This document shows, piece by piece, positions 25,332 to 40,250 of a DNA stretch of 64,000 bases. Numbering within the stretch: position 1 is the stretch's first letter; every line of letters starts with the position of its first letter. The translations under genes and the position numbers were made by a program. Source of the DNA: Eledone cirrhosa (lineage: Eukaryota); NCBI GenBank assembly GCA_964016885.1, contig OZ024740.1, positions 370,450,001-370,514,000 of the forward strand, written 5' to 3'. The notes under the pieces are model-generated. The model ran no database searches. It saw nothing but the letters and a program-made list of their open reading frames with translations, and was not told where the DNA came from.

Positions 25332-27379
25332 GTGGACAGGAAGACATACCTCAAACTCCTAATACAGAGTGTCAACTCTTTCATCCGAAGAATACGATGG
25401 AAAGCCTTCCACTTCGACCGTGCGGGTGCTGCTGACGCCGGAAGTACTGCAAGAACCCTCCACACAACATCCTGCTGGAACCTTTTGAGAAAGATCTATT
25501 TAACTTTGTCAGGACCATTAAATTCAAAAAGCATTATAGACACAAGAATAATTTCCTCACAGAATTAGCAACAACTATAAAAAAATTTAAAGATAGCCAC
25601 ATTTTACATGTTATATCTGACAAAACTAAAATTCTATACTCCATGACTCCCGAAACTTACAACTCTTTCCTTCTTAAGGAACTTAATAAAAACTGCTCAG
25701 CAAAGCATTAACCCTAGCCAGCACCAACTCTGACATAACCAATAATGAGATTGACATCATACTTATGGCTAAGCAGACCATCATTGAATTCAACGGAGCA
25801 CTCTGGACTAGAAAAGACAGAACAGACAACTTTGACATCACGATGGGCTCAAGTGACTCTGCGCAAATCACCGATTTAGTTGGAATTTACCTATTACATA
25901 ACATCAGAGCCGAAATCCAACCCTTGCAAGGCGGAATATATAGGGACGACGCCCTATTTGCAGTCCACAATTGCACTAAATTGCATTGACTTGCTCAAAA
26001 AACAATTACACAGATTTTTTAAAAATAACGGTCTCTCTATCGCCATCGAGCCGAACCATAAAGTAGTAAATTTCCTAGACGTTACCCTGGATCTTAACAA
26101 TAACCTATATTACCCTTACCATAAACCAGGTGAAATACTTACATATATTAGCCCACACTCTAACCACCCACCGGCAGTCATCAGAGCAGTAATCAAATCT
26201 ATCTCATATAGGATATCCATGCTATCAGCAAATGAGGAGATATTTATAAACCATGCAGCATATTATAATAAGGCTCTTTCTGCATCTGGTTATGAACAGT
26301 CCATTTACTACATACCTAAATGCCATAACACAGCAATTCACCACAACCATAATAAACTTAACACTAGAACTAGACATACCTTAGCATATAGCCAGATTCG
26401 CCGAAATGTTAGCAGTAACAGCACCTATACAGGGAACCTTAATGGTGGCAGTGGCCTGCTTCCCACTCCAAGTAACAAATTAAAAATCAACCCTAGAATA
26501 GGAATGAGCAATGGAATGACAAATAACAAATGCCCAGGTAATAACCCTATGAAGGCCCTACCAACTCCACTAGAAGGGATAGGCCTAGAAATATCACCTG
26601 GCTTAACTAATTCTCATCTAATCTAGCCACTAATATCCCTAAATGCTTCTTCTCTATCCTATCTAAACATCCCCTCCCCCCAACCATAGATATTACAAAC
26701 TCTTTAATAAAAATAACATTAAAATCTTATTCTCCACAACACCTAACCTAGCTAGCCACATCGCATTCAGTAACCATCATAAACTAAGACAGTATAACTC
26801 CCACACCGCGGTACCACCAACCCCATCAAATACACCACGCACTACACCAATACTTACTCTAGTAGCACACCTCCCCCATCTAATCCTTCTAGTACTGACC
26901 AACCGCTTAGGTTAAACAACCCTACTCTCACTAACCGCAGGAGTAACTGCAACTGCCGTTACCCTAATGCATGCCCACTAAATGGACATTGCCTGACACC
27001 CAACATAGTCTATAGGTGCACGGTTAAAACTGCTTCGCAGACCAGCTCATATGTCGGGTCTACCTCAATTCCTTTTAAGGTACGCTATAACGCTCACTCT
27101 GTTTCCTTCCGAGACCCAAACAACAGATGTTTGACATCTCTAGCTAGGCTCATTAAAAACCTTAAATTAACCAACATTGAACACTCACTAACATGGGATA
27201 TCTTGGCTGGAGCCCAGCCGTTCAATGGATGAAGAGAATCTTGTGAACTCTGTCTTACCGAAGCATATTACATAACTCTATCACGACCTCTACCGATTAA
27301 CGACAGAACGGAGGTAACTATTAGCTGTCAACATCGAAGGGCTAATTCCTTCGCCAACAGAATATTTGACCCAACATAG
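25332..27379 (+). pseudogene. PLE RT-EN ORF with frameshifts, an internal deletion near 25685 and a nonsense codon near 27230
   Basis: FIRRIRWKA, SDKT, ITMGSSDSAQITDLVG, GIYRDD, VNFLDVTL, SNHPP, NCNCRYPNACPLNGHCL..IVYRC..YVGST..FKVRYNAH..CELCLTE..CQHR. Confidence 0.88.
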
Positions 27380-27759
27380 TCATCTAGCCCCATTTTTACT
27401 TGTAACTAATAAGTTAAATAGCTATAACTAACTTGGATAATTATAAGTTACCTCCCTTACATTGTCTCTCAATTAAAAAATTAAAAAATTAGCACTTAAC
27501 TATAAACTACCCACAATTTCTAATCTCACAAGGAGTTACTTCCCCTGAAACCACCCTCTAATTAGTAAGCTAAATATCTCCATTGGCGGCCATCTTGTTA
27601 CCCATAGACAGATCTTACACAATGCAGCCTCGACAGAAGAATACTGCTCCACTATGGCAGACAATTGATATACCCAGGACACCATAGTGAAATACCAACA
27701 TATGGAACATTACATATATGTATCATTCTTTCCTTATTTTAATTTATATTCCTTTTGAA

Positions 27760-27878
27760 GTTCTGATGAGCTGCTTTATTTCTACCTATGTTAATTATTT
27801 TCAACTGAACCAGATCATTAATTATATATAATCATTTGATCCAGAAATATTATATGGAGTAGCGAAACAATTGTAAAC
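27760..27878 (+). ncRNA. Type I hammerhead with ~94-nt stem II region (mirror copy at 25008-25126 has CCGATGA)
   Basis: gtt-CTGATGA-gctgcttt...ggagtagc-GAAA-caattg-TA-aac. Confidence 0.68.
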
Positions 27879-28200
27879 GGACATTATTATTATTATTAAT
27901 ATTATTATTATTATTCTCTACATTCCTTACATCAAACTAAAATATGTTGACAATCTTTTAATAATGTCTTCCTTGTGAAATCTGTGGTCTTGTTTTGCTT
28001 AACTAATGAATATTTCCAGCTCTGTGCACCTAACCTCTGCATGAACCCAGCCACCTAGCTGCCTTCCACTGCATATTGCACATTGAGCACATGCCTTTAC
28101 GCTTTGGCTTCTAATTAATTCACCAATCTCTCCTATCCTATCTCCTCTCCTATCTCCTCTCCTATCTCCATCTCTCTCTTTAAGATAGGTTACTCTTGAA

Positions 28201-28248
<48 letters not shown>

Positions 28249-28827
28249 TCATCATCATCATCATCGTTGTCGTCGTTAACGTCTATCTACCACGCTAGCA
28301 TGAAGAATTAGAAATAGAAGTTAGGAATATCCGTCTTCAGTTGTCTACTAGCCATTGTAGGTATTTCTTTGCATTACAGACAATATACCTCCAGCTAGGG
28401 CGATACAATAACTAAAATAAGTTATTGGGATAAAAAGAGTTGGTTGGAGAAAGAAGACATGTAAACAGACACGAATGGTGAGGCAACGTAAAGAGAAGAA
28501 AAAGGGAAAAAATGAAGTCAATAATTCATTTCGAACATAAGAACGGGCGAATTTTGACGAGCAGATAAAGACACATCTCAGCCGTACGGATGTGAGGGAG
28601 GAGAAGCATCTTGTACGGTGTGGGACGATGGAGGAAGTGAGAGAGAGGGTGAGTGGCAGAGAGTGAAAGTGCGAGGAAGAGGCTAGCCGAGAGAGGGTGA
28701 CTAGCAGAGGGGGTGAGTGAAAGTAAGAGGGAGAAGGAGAGAGAAGGGGGAGAGAGAGAAAGAGGATAGCAGTAAGGGAAGAGAAAAAAACAGGTCACAG
28801 CGAAGGGGAAAGCATATATGAATCAAA

Positions 28828-28937
<110 letters not shown>

Positions 28938-29010
28938 GTATGTATGTATGTATGTATATATGTATATATGTATATACAGAGAGAGAGAGATGCTTCTTGT
29001 GTATGCTTCT

Positions 29011-29140
<130 letters not shown>

Positions 29141-29216
29141 CAAGAAGCATACATAAGAAGCATCTCTCTCTCTCTGTATATACATACATATATACACACA
29201 CACACATATATATATA

Positions 29217-29285
<69 letters not shown>

Positions 29286-32229
29286 GACCGGATACCGAAA
29301 GCTTCTATCTACCAAATTTAACTTGCATAATATTGATCATCTCAAGACTACAATAGAAGATAATTGCCCGAATTGTCACTCAATGTCATCGAACTTAAAT
29401 TTGGAACCATGAAATTCTTAACGGCATTGGTTGCAGAGGATATACAGATGTTGAAGTAATTTATTAAATATTGGTTCATTAGTTTCTTAGTGATGTTGAT
29501 GTCTCCTTTAAATAGCAGTTTGCGCTATTCATGATATTATTGGTCATTTGCAGTATACGTCAAGTGGAATGACTTTTAATCCACAATCTAAACTACATTG
29601 AAAAGTGTACATGCTCAGATTTTAAACTCCTGTTCTATTATTTTCTTTTGACGAGATTTCCAGAAATATCATTTCATTATGTATGTAGAATACATAACAT
29701 AATAGGCAGAAATGGAATATTCGAATTGAATATTGTGTAAAAGTATCAGCATTGTCAAAGGAAAAGAAATTGTTTCGTCACTGAATTGAAACGGATTAAT
29801 AAAGCTTCCATGTAGCTTGACGACGCTCTCTAGGTTTGTTGTGTTTTGTTGTTGTTTTGTTGCTTATTTCCAGATCAGCCTGTTTGAGAAGACCTATGCA
29901 TGATGAGAGATCTTCTAGCCGTCACCATATGTCATTTTGTTTTCATATCCAATACTACATTGTCCAATATGTTTTCAATTTTAAATTGAGGGCTATTTAT
30001 TTTCTATTTCTAGGAGGTCGAGCAAAAAGGTAGCGGATCAGTCATTGGTTCATGAAATATGGATTACATTTGACTAGACAGAAAATCTTAGATTTAATAT
30101 GTATAATGTTATGATCGTATTTTCATTTGAGAGTATTTGTGACCTTCTGAAGTGGTATGACTAAGCGACGGTTAAAACCTCACTCTAATGCAATTTCTAA
30201 AAGATATATAAATGCAATTGTAATATGATGACATAAATTTTGCTACATTATACGAGACCATATTAAACGTTACCGTAATGTTCCAGTATTTCCTAATAGC
30301 TGACATGATCATACTTCTGATGAAAACTTAACGATTACTAAATAAAAATAATATTAATGAAAATTTCAAAAAGAGTTATTTGTAATTTAATATTTATAAT
30401 TCACAATTTATAATTGATATAAAAAGAAATATAATAAGAAAACATTACAGGAATACAACGAGAGGAAACATAGAAACATCACTGATGATGTTACAGTCGT
30501 GTGACAAAATAACTCTGAGAAACTATGCTTGTATTTATATTTTTAACTGTTGGTCAATCAATGAGAAACATTGATTGCCAGCTGAATTAATTATAAAAAT
30601 ATTAAAGTATATACTGAAGAGAAAACCGACCCAAACCAAGCAGTGGGTGTGTTTACTTTATTTCTTTGACAATATTATTGCAATATGACCCTCCCCAAAT
30701 ATAACAATAACTTTGGATCATTTTTAACATTATAGTAAAATAAACGGGTAATAACTTTTTTTGTGTATTTAATTTGAATTGATATATATGTGATAGAAAT
30801 ATTTGAAACCAGAGTTGGTTTAAATGTTTCTTTTGTGGCTCAAGTTCATAACATTAGGTAAATCTAACATTGCGATATAACGAAACTGCAGTTCTTATTT
30901 TCAGCTATTTAGATAGGGTCATTCATAATTGATTTCACAATTGTGATAACGGCTACATAAATCAATTTAACCTTCAAAATAGCTAGTTTCGTGATTAACA
31001 TGTCATATATATATTGAAGATATGCATAATTTAACCTTTCAGTGATATGATAGTTAAAAATACCATACCTTGTGTAGATTACTTAAAACCTGACTCTCAT
31101 CGTATTATTGTACTTATATAAAAGCAAAGGAAATGCCTTTAATATCATTTGAAATTTTTATTTCACATAAATATCTCAAATCTTTGGGAACAACACTATG
31201 TTGGTTTGGTCAGATGTTTTAAAAAAATTATGTCGCATAAGATATTTTGCTTTTATCTCAGTTCAAAGTCAATATGAATAAATCCAATAAAAATGCAAAT
31301 AATTTAATAACTAATTCATATGAATTTATAAAAGTAATAATATTAGTCTTACATAAAACTAACTTATTTATTAAACTCTGCGGCATACAGTATAAAACTC
31401 TGGTTGTTTTAATGTACTCTATAGTAATGTATTAGAAACTAGAATTTAAATATAGTTTCTTGTTATTAACAACTAAGTTTCTTTCACATTGGCTTTACAA
31501 TATATACGCATATCCAGTTAATATTGGCTGGAGACTTTATTTCCAATTTCATATAAAGTTATCCTTGCAAGATATTTGTCATATATTTGTTATTAAATTT
31601 GGGAGAAAATATGAGTAATGATCAAAAGAATTAACGTGGGTGCTAATATTCCATAGATATCATTTTAATCCAGACTGCAGACTTTAAATTGTTTCACTTT
31701 CTTGTTCTTTTCATAAACCGCACACGTCTAATCATGCTTCAATCTGACTGAACTTTTTAAGCAGTATCGCTTTTGTCTATCATACCAGTGAAGTGATAAA
31801 CGCAGATTTATTCTGTCCCTATAACCACTTTCCTACAATATTTACGGTTTCTAGTTCATATAAAGATTTATTATTATTGCCATTAACACTTTGCCGAAAT
31901 AATAATTTGTTAAGTCGCTTTATACACATATCAGTATTTCTTCGAAGTATATACATGATATTGTAAATGAAAAGTGATAAGCGTCTTAATTAACAGGCTA
32001 CATAACATTAAATAAAAATGTAATCTTTATGACTGACGCAGACACAGATCAACAACATTAACAATAAAGCGATTGTGTATTCACCTCAAATAAATGTGAT
32101 TAATGGGACCAAGAAACTTGACCTTTCTTAATCACTGGATTACTCAATATATTCAGATAAAAATCTTTTCATTTCAACTCTTCCATTCAAATTAACAGAC
32201 TATTCATCGCGCCTATACTAGTGAACTGT

Positions 32230-32367
32230 CTCGTTCATATGTAACTTACTTGGGCACCTTTATCAGAGCTTCTGTTGAGAACATGGTGTTCAGCTGAGCA
32301 TGTCGATTCAAGCCAAACGCACTTTCGTTCTATCCATGCTCCTTTATGGTTTTAACCACATACCCCC

Positions 32368-32438
<71 letters not shown>

Positions 32439-32790
32439 CTAGAAAGACAGAAACAGTTTCATATTTGGTGCATCATCTAAGAGAATAAAATCACCACCAC
32501 CGAGATCTGCATCGAATGCATTATCATGCGAGCACAACTGCGCTGAGTTAAGCATGTGTCGTATAAGGAGAAGGAGCGTATTCCCAAAGTTCTCGTATTG
32601 GGCCAGCTGAACCAGAGACACCGGTCACAGGCTGGGTACAATATCTGATATAAAATATTTCCAAAGCTTTCCTGAACTTGTGTTGGATTCAAAAACCAAT
32701 CACAATTGTGGATGATCTATGACAATTCTACCGCTTAACTTACGAAGGATCTCACAGTGCTTCAAGAGCTAGTTGAATTAGTGGTGATAG
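32230..32790 (+). pseudogene. Old degenerate RTE-BovB-like LINE fragment, interrupted by (CA)n
   Basis: Remnant motifs VLSMLLYG (gttctatccatgctcctttatggt), ECIIMRAQLR, ERIPK..GQLNQRHRSQ. Confidence 0.55.
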
Positions 32791-33181
32791 AAATTGAAAA
32801 CTGCGCTACTAACTATTATATAGTTCTTGTTGATGATTACAGCACTAATCTGAACCTCCATATAACTTTGCCTTTCATTATGCCGGGGAAGGGGTGGTGG
32901 ATGAAATAAGGTTCGAGTCCAGTACTGAGACGGATGTTATTAACTGCTTCTTTCCTCTTTATTGGAGAGTTTATACCTATGTAGGAAATCAATATATACA
33001 AGTATCTATTAAAATTTGGAATAAAGCTCATGCTCCAAGCATTTATTTTTGTTATCATAAGAAGCTGACGTCATGTGCTATGCAGCCGCAGCTGTAGATT
33101 ATTTTGAATTTATGACACATGGGAGACATATTTAAATGCGTTTTAAATACGGATAAATGTGCCTGAATTCTAATTACGTAT

Positions 33182-33236
<55 letters not shown>

Positions 33237-33400
33237 TCTAACCGCACATATATACATATAAACCTATATAGACATCTCTCATGTTCCTCCTATTTATTTC
33301 TCTCTCTTTAAACACACATACACACACACACACATACACACACATACACACACACACATACACACACATACACACATACACACACACACATATGTATACA

Positions 33401-33470
<70 letters not shown>

Positions 33471-35094
33471 TGCATATATCTACATATATGCATTTCTATA
33501 TAATAACCGCACACAGATCCTTTAAGGCGACCTACGAATGTTATAAACCGGATTTAAATATATATAAAAATGTCTCTCTGGAAATTAATATGGATATTTT
33601 CAGTAATATATACTACATATATCTTTGGTGTTCTTTTATAATCGTAGTCATCATGATCATTGTCTACATAATCACCATCATCACCATCACTGTCATCAAA
33701 GATGAATTTTATCATTTTTATTTTCCTCTTTTAGAACAGTAATTTTAGCATTCGACATAAATATATTCTAAATAAAAAATCAACAATAAATATTAGGTTT
33801 TTCTTTTTTTTTCTCAAATTTGAATTGACTATATTATATTTCTATTTATCCATTTATATTTCCCTTGAGTGATAATAGATTTCTTACAGAAAATGTGTAA
33901 GATAGATCAATCCATAATTACTAAATTTCTAATGCCGCATATATTTAGCGACATGCCCCTAGAGTGGTTATGAATGAATTGAAAGAAGCCTCATATTGCT
34001 AGCACTTCTATCATGTACTAAACATACTAGAGACAACAAAGTGATCATATATGCATTCACCCGAGAGGTTAAAATGCCAGCCAAATCTCATTCAAATCAC
34101 AACCACCTGTCTCTTAAAACAAACAAGGACACATTTGTATCTTGTACACAATGTAGTCCTAGATATACTATGCAACCTGGAGTAGACAATTCCGGAATTT
34201 AAAATGGAAAAGCCACATTTGCGAGACCTTTATTTGTAGATCAGCATAAGCAAGCCAGCATGAAACTAAATAACAATGGGAAAACATGCAAGAATGACTT
34301 AATTTAGTTAAATGGGCTAAAGAAATATTTATCAGTAATACAGAATTGCGTAGGAAAAATTGCCTTGTAGAATTTCTGTAAGGCCCTGATCGTTAGGAGT
34401 TCAAATCCCACTAAGATTATCTTTACCTTTCAAATTTCCGATACCATTAAAATAGAGACCAATGAAGTAATGATACTGATATAATTGATTGATCACTCCT
34501 TTCAAATGTTTTTGCTTTACGCCAATGTACGAAATTAATATTTCAGAATTTGGAAGTAGTTATATTTTTCTTTATAGCACCAGGTTAGTGGATTGAGGAG
34601 AGTATATATCCCTAGTTTCTGTTTGGTTTAGCCGTACTCACCTCAACCACGCTTGCTCAATTGCGGATTGGTGACGCGATTTGACTCATAGTTGGCGTGG
34701 ATGGCCGTTGATTCTGGGGAGTTCCCTAGCGTTTTTGACAACTCTTACTTTTTGTACTGCTGGAGTCCCACCTACCATCCTCCCCAGACCAGGAACTGGT
34801 AGAGGAGCCAGTTTAGTCGCCGACCACAAGGCTATGAAGCAGGTTGTATTTGGTTACATGGGATCATTAGTAGGCATAAATCTGAACTGCCCTGATATAT
34901 ATATATATCAGGGCCGTTCAGATATCTGCCTACTACTTGTCCCATATATATATGTATATATATATAAATATAAATTAGCGAGAATCGTATTTCGGCTTAA
35001 GAATTAACGAAAAACAACTTCCGTGTTTTTCTGGAGTTTCGAGTATTCACAGGTTCATCAGATAACTGAAATTCCGGAAGAACAAAATATATTC

Positions 35095-35490
35095 CTCTCC
35101 TAGGACTCCACCTGGCTCTCATCCCTGTTCTCGACCCCGCTGTGACACCTGTCCTTCATTTCTAGCTTCACCACTCTCACAGGCACTAATGGTTCATTTT
35201 GTATTCGCTACTCTTTCACCTTTACCTCTACTCACACAGTATATGTCCACCGCGTCTTTATAAATTGGCCAAACATGACGGAGTTTGGCAGACCGATTTG
35301 CTGAACATTTGCGGGACATACGACTCGGTATGGATTCTCCCGTCGCTCGTCATTTTCATTCCCCAGGCCACTCTTCCCTGCATGGCCCAGTCCTTGGTGT
35401 CCTTTTAGGTCACGGATCACGCCAGGACAGAGCAAATCTAATTTTCCGCCTTGGGTCCAGTTTCTACAATGGAATCTTAATTTGTTTATT
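35095..35490 (+). pseudogene. Neptune-like GIY-YIG endonuclease fragment with an inverted pLTR piece upstream (~34965-35080)
   Basis: PPGSHPCSRPRCDTC, IGQT*RSLADRFAEHLRDIRLGMDSPVARHFHSPGHS; homologous to the EN at 16200-16640. Confidence 0.82.
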
Positions 35491-36107
35491 CTTACACACA
35501 TACGCTCGTACTTTTCTACTTCTTGCCACCGTTACGTTTACCCCGTCCGTTGTCACCAACGCACGCGTACTTTCACTCCCTAGGTTCCTATGGCTCTGTT
35601 ATGGTCAGAAACATACACTCTTACAGCTTATACATACCAACAAAAACGCAGATACACCTCTATATTTACCTTGACACCTCTGTATACTCTCACACACACC
35701 CTTACATACACATACTTTTGCTCACAGCTTCGTACTTATAAGCACACACACACTCTTTTATTTACATATACACACAGATATCCTCTTAGCTTCGTACGGA
35801 CGTATAATAACACACACATACACACACGTATACGCACGCGCACACGTACAGCTCTATATAGAAAACGTGTTTTTCTTCCTTTGAGATAGACGCGCTCCGT
35901 CATCACCTTTTCAAAAACTTTATATCACACATAAAACGCCAGCAGCAACAGTTTTCCAAGAGTTGGCAATATAAATTGGCCTGTTATTTCTCTCCAAATT
36001 TTTCTTTTCCGTGTGTGTGTGTACTTATATATGAATAGATTGCTTTAGAATAATAAGACCATTGCTCAGCTAAGTATTCGATACATGGGAAATTATAAAG
36101 AGTTAGG

Positions 36108-36200
36108 GCCCGACGGCTGAACTTTTGCCGTTTCGACGCGAGTCGAAAACTGAATTATTTTTCACTTTCAGCTATTTTCAAACCTTGTCACTTCGGGGGC
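36108..36200 (-). ncRNA. Degenerate hammerhead (core CCGAAGT), related to the 14493/20747 family
   Basis: Minus: gccc-CCGAAGT-gac...gtc-GAAA-cggc aaaagttca gccg-TC-gggc. Confidence 0.45.
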
Positions 36201-36344
36201 GGGGTCCTTATTTGATTGACGTGTAAGGTAAGTAGAGAAATGGGTAATGTAATGGTTAGGAGTAGGAGGAGCGTTACAGTGTAAATACTTTATGCAGTCT
36301 TTTTGCTGATAGATTTATATCAGGTGACAAAGAATCTGCCTGTT

Positions 36345-38925
36345 AACATGTTTCAAAGGTTTTCCTCAAAATTTTCTTTAAAGTTTTATCAAAATGTTTT
36401 CAAAAAAGTTTCACCAAAAATTCTTTTTAATATTTTCCCAACATTTTCCATAATATATTCTCAAAATTTCATCTATTTTTATTTTTTGTAAATTCGCCAG
36501 TTTCATAAAAAATTTCAACAAATCATCTCACAAAATGTTTATTTAAATGGTACAAAAACTTTCTTCTTTTTTTTTAAGAATCATCTTATGTTTTTTTAAT
36601 ATCTAACTGAAACTTTTCAAAAATATCTTAATCAAAATTCTTTTTTACATTTTAACAAAATGCTTTCCAAAAAATGTCACCAAAATTTCTCACAAAATGT
36701 TTTGCAATTATTTCAAAATCTTTTCCACAATGTTTACTAAAAGCATTTTACAAAATCTTTCGAGAACATTCAACATATATTCTCTCAAATATTTTTAAAT
36801 AGTTTTCTTAGATTTTACTCATATTTTTCTCAAATATTTCTCCGGACATTTCAAAGATATCCACCCATTTTACACATTTTCTTCAAATGATTTTAAAATA
36901 TTTTCTTTACATTTTTATGAAAATATTTTCGAATAAATTTCTTTAAAAATTGTTTTTATATTTTCTCCAGCTTTGTCATATTTTCTCAAAAGCGTCATCT
37001 AAGTTTTTTTTTTATTTGCCAAAGTTTTTTCATAGCATTTCAACAAATATTCTCTCAAAATTATTAATATAATGTTACAAAATTTTCTAGAAACATTTTT
37101 TTTTTTAATCCACTCGATGTTTTTCTAATATCTAACTGATTCTTTTCTAAAAGCTTTTGTCAAGATTTCACCAACATTTCACCAAACGTTTTCCTCAAAA
37201 CTTTTTCAATTTTAAAGCTTTTCTTTTAAAATATTCCTCAAATATTTTTGAAAACTTTTTAAACATTTCTCTCAAAATTTTGCGAAATTTTTCCGAGAAT
37301 TTTAATCAAAGATTTTCCGAAAAGTTTTGACAAAATGTTTTCGGAAAATTTTCACAAAAGATTTTTTCAAATATTTTCCCCAGATTGTTCATATTTTCTG
37401 AAAAAGTTCATCGAAGGTTATTTCTTAAAATTTCCCAAAATTTCATAGAATATTTTAAAATATTCTATAAAAACTTTACAAATATTTTCAAAATAACATT
37501 TTATAAAAATCGCCTTAATTTCTTTTCTAGCATCTAACAGAAAATTTCGTCAAAACTTTTATCAAAATTTCACCAATATTTCAGCAAAACTATCCCGAAT
37601 TTTTCCTCAAAACTTTTTCAAATATTTAAAACTTTTCTTTTAAAATATTTCTCAAATAATTTAGAAAACTTCTTAAAAGACTTCTCGCATAGATTTTCGA
37701 ACTGTTACCCAGAAATTTAATCGAAATTTTTTTGAAGAGTTTTCTCAAATATTTTCCTCAAAATTTTCTTTAAAGCTTTATCAAAATGTTTTCGAAAGAT
37801 TTTCACCGAAAATTCTGTTGATATTTTCTCAAAAGTTTCATCTAAGATTGTTCTTAAAAAATTCGCCAAACTTTAATAAAGAATTTCAACAAATATTCTC
37901 TGAAGATTTTAAATAAAATGTTACAAGACTCTTCTATAATCATTTTAAGTATTTTCTAATATAAACTCTTCACCAAAATTTTCCTCAAAATGCTTTCAAA
38001 ACTTTAAAGCGTGTCCTCAAAAATATTCCTCAAATATTTTTGAAAACTCTTTTAAACATTTCTCGCAAAAGATTTCGAAACTTTTCTCAAAAATTCTTCA
38101 AACTTTTTCTGAAAACATTTCTCAAAAATGTTCATCAAAATTTGCTTTATAATTTTATCAGAATATTTTCGGAAAATTTTCACCAAACATTTTTTTTTAT
38201 GTTTTCCCCAGATTTTTCATATTTTCTCAAAAGTTTCATCTAAGAATATTCATTAAAATGTCGCCAAAGTTTTATAAAGAATTTCGACAAATATTCTCTC
38301 AAAATTATGAATAAAATGTTACAAAACTTTTCTATAAACATTCTTTTAAGAATCATCTCAATTTTATTTCTAAAATCTAACTAAAACTTCTCTCAAAATT
38401 TTACCAAAAATTTTCCTCAAAATATTTTCAAAATTTAAAGCGTTACCTCAAAAATATTACTCAAATACTTTTGTAATTTTTATCAAAATGCTTTCGAAAC
38501 ATTTCACCAAAAATTGTTTCTAATATTTTCGCTATATTTTTCATAATATTTTCATCTAAGTTTTTTTTCTTTTTTTTTTAATTTGCCAAAGTTGTATGAA
38601 TAATTTCAACAAATAATCTCTGAAACGTTTTAATAAATTGCTATAAAACTTCTCTATAAGCATGTTTTTAATTGTCTTCAGTTTTTTCCTAAATCTAACT
38701 GAAACTTTTCTCAAAATCTTTGTCAAACTTTTACAAAATTTTCACCAAAAGTTTTTTTAAAAATTGTATACCGTTTCCTCAAAAATAGTTCTCAAATATT
38801 TTTGAAAATTCTTTAAACATTTCTCTCAAAAGCATTCGAAACTTTTCCCGAATATTTCATCCAAATGTTTCTGAAATATTTTCTCAATAATTTTTCTAGA
38901 AATTTTCTTTAAAGTTTTATCATTA
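36345..38925. repeat. Degenerate A/T-tract satellite with ~11-bp subunits and an irregular ~400-bp higher-order repeat
   Basis: Recurring ttttctcaaaa-like motifs; ttttctcaaaagtttcatctaag-like block at ~36981, 37394, 37824, 38222. Confidence 0.8.
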
Positions 38926-39112
38926 TATACATTTGAGAATACTATATATTCTCAGCAGTTCCAGCAGGTAGCAGTTAGAAGAATACGCAATATTGGCAAT
39001 GAGCAAAGCTATCCGCTAGAACAAATGGATGACGTTGTCATCTAAAACGTGTTGTTTATGAGGCTGTTTGCTTGCATACAAACCGAATATTAATAATTTT
39101 ATGATATTATTA

Positions 39113-39287
39113 TAAGGTCGGTGAATTGGCAGTATCGGTAGAGCGTCGGACGCCATGCTTTACGGTCTGAGATCAAATTCCGCAGTGTTTAACATTGCCT
39201 CTCATCCTTACGAGGTCGATAAAATAAAGCACCAGTAATGCGCTGGGGAAATTGGTGGCCTTGTGCCAAAAGTAGAAAAAATTATTA
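39113..39287 (+). mobile_element. tRNA-derived SINE (OK-like)
   Basis: Aligns to 4822-5017. Confidence 0.8.
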
Positions 39288-39456
39288 TAATATTATTGTT
39301 ATCCACTTACAAATACTCTAAGGTATCCACCATGTTAAGAGTGAAAACAAATCTTGTTTCATATATATATATATATATATATAGTAATAATAAATGTGAA
39401 GACTAAAATCCGAAGAGGGCTCGATAAGGGCTATATATATAAACCCGTAGAGCATG

Positions 39457-39540
39457 TATTTATTATAAGAGCAGATTAAAGTTTAAGCAAAGAATCTTTA
39501 GATTCTTCGCTTAAACTTTAATCTGTTCTTATAATAAATA
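39457..39540. repeat. Hairpin formed by the terminal segment of the PLE family at 48485-49445
   Basis: tatttattataagagcagattaaagtttaagc is inverted; the arm matches ~49405-49445; the adjacent 39398-39453 matches 48486-48552. Confidence 0.7.
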
Positions 39541-39661
39541 TATATATAGATATATACATATATGTAGAGGTTATATTTAATTTGTTGGGATACAACAAGC
39601 AAATATTTTCATAACTGATATAAAGCACTCAACAAATTATTGGAGTAAATATACAATATAT

Positions 39662-39717
39662 TATCTGATGAAAGCGCACCATAGTTTGCCTTGGTAGCCC
39701 TTGAAATATGTATAATG
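39662..39717 (+). ncRNA. Hammerhead-like motif with weak stems (relative at 47018-47086)
   Basis: tat-CTGATGA-aag...ctt-GAAA-tatgta-TA-atg; sibling cat-TTGAAGA-gg...cct-GAAA-tatata-TA-atg. Confidence 0.5.
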
Positions 39718-40048
39718 AAATAAATATGGTTTTATAAATATAGTTTCCATTTGTTAATATATTGTATATATACATATATATGTATATATATATATATATA
39801 TAAAGAGAGAGGGGGGAGAGACAGGGAGATATGTTCCCCACGTGTCTGTGTATATTGTTGTTGTTGGACCTCAGTCGATTGGGGCAATGAGTGTGCCACT
39901 TGATTCGATTAAGAGAAAATGTCGCTCGTGAAATTAACAGGCAAGTAACTGAGCATTCCTCAAATACGTGTACCCTTAATTTTTACAATCGCGAACCTAA
40001 AATTGTAACCGCTAAATGATGTAATTTACTATACACACACACTCACAG

Positions 40049-40160
<112 letters not shown>

Positions 40161-40203
40161 ATGTATGTATATATGCATATATATATATATATATTTATAT
40201 ATG

Positions 40204-40250
<47 letters not shown>

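Larger units (their letters stand above)
24878..28008 (+). mobile_element. Decayed Hydra-like PLE bounded by 453-bp inverted pLTRs (24878-25330 / 27556-28008)
   Basis: Inverted arms visible; interior encodes RT and EN remnants. Confidence 0.9.

Noticed and set aside
27228-27234. In-frame TGA in a PLE endonuclease as possible selenocysteine (known in some Naiad PLEs)
   Set aside because: Not at a conserved Cys (the sibling reads NGNRRSC), the copy has several other lesions, and no SECIS was identified
29300-32200. Unique AT-rich stretch searched for exons
   Set aside because: No ORF with recognisable protein signal; treated as intronic or intergenic
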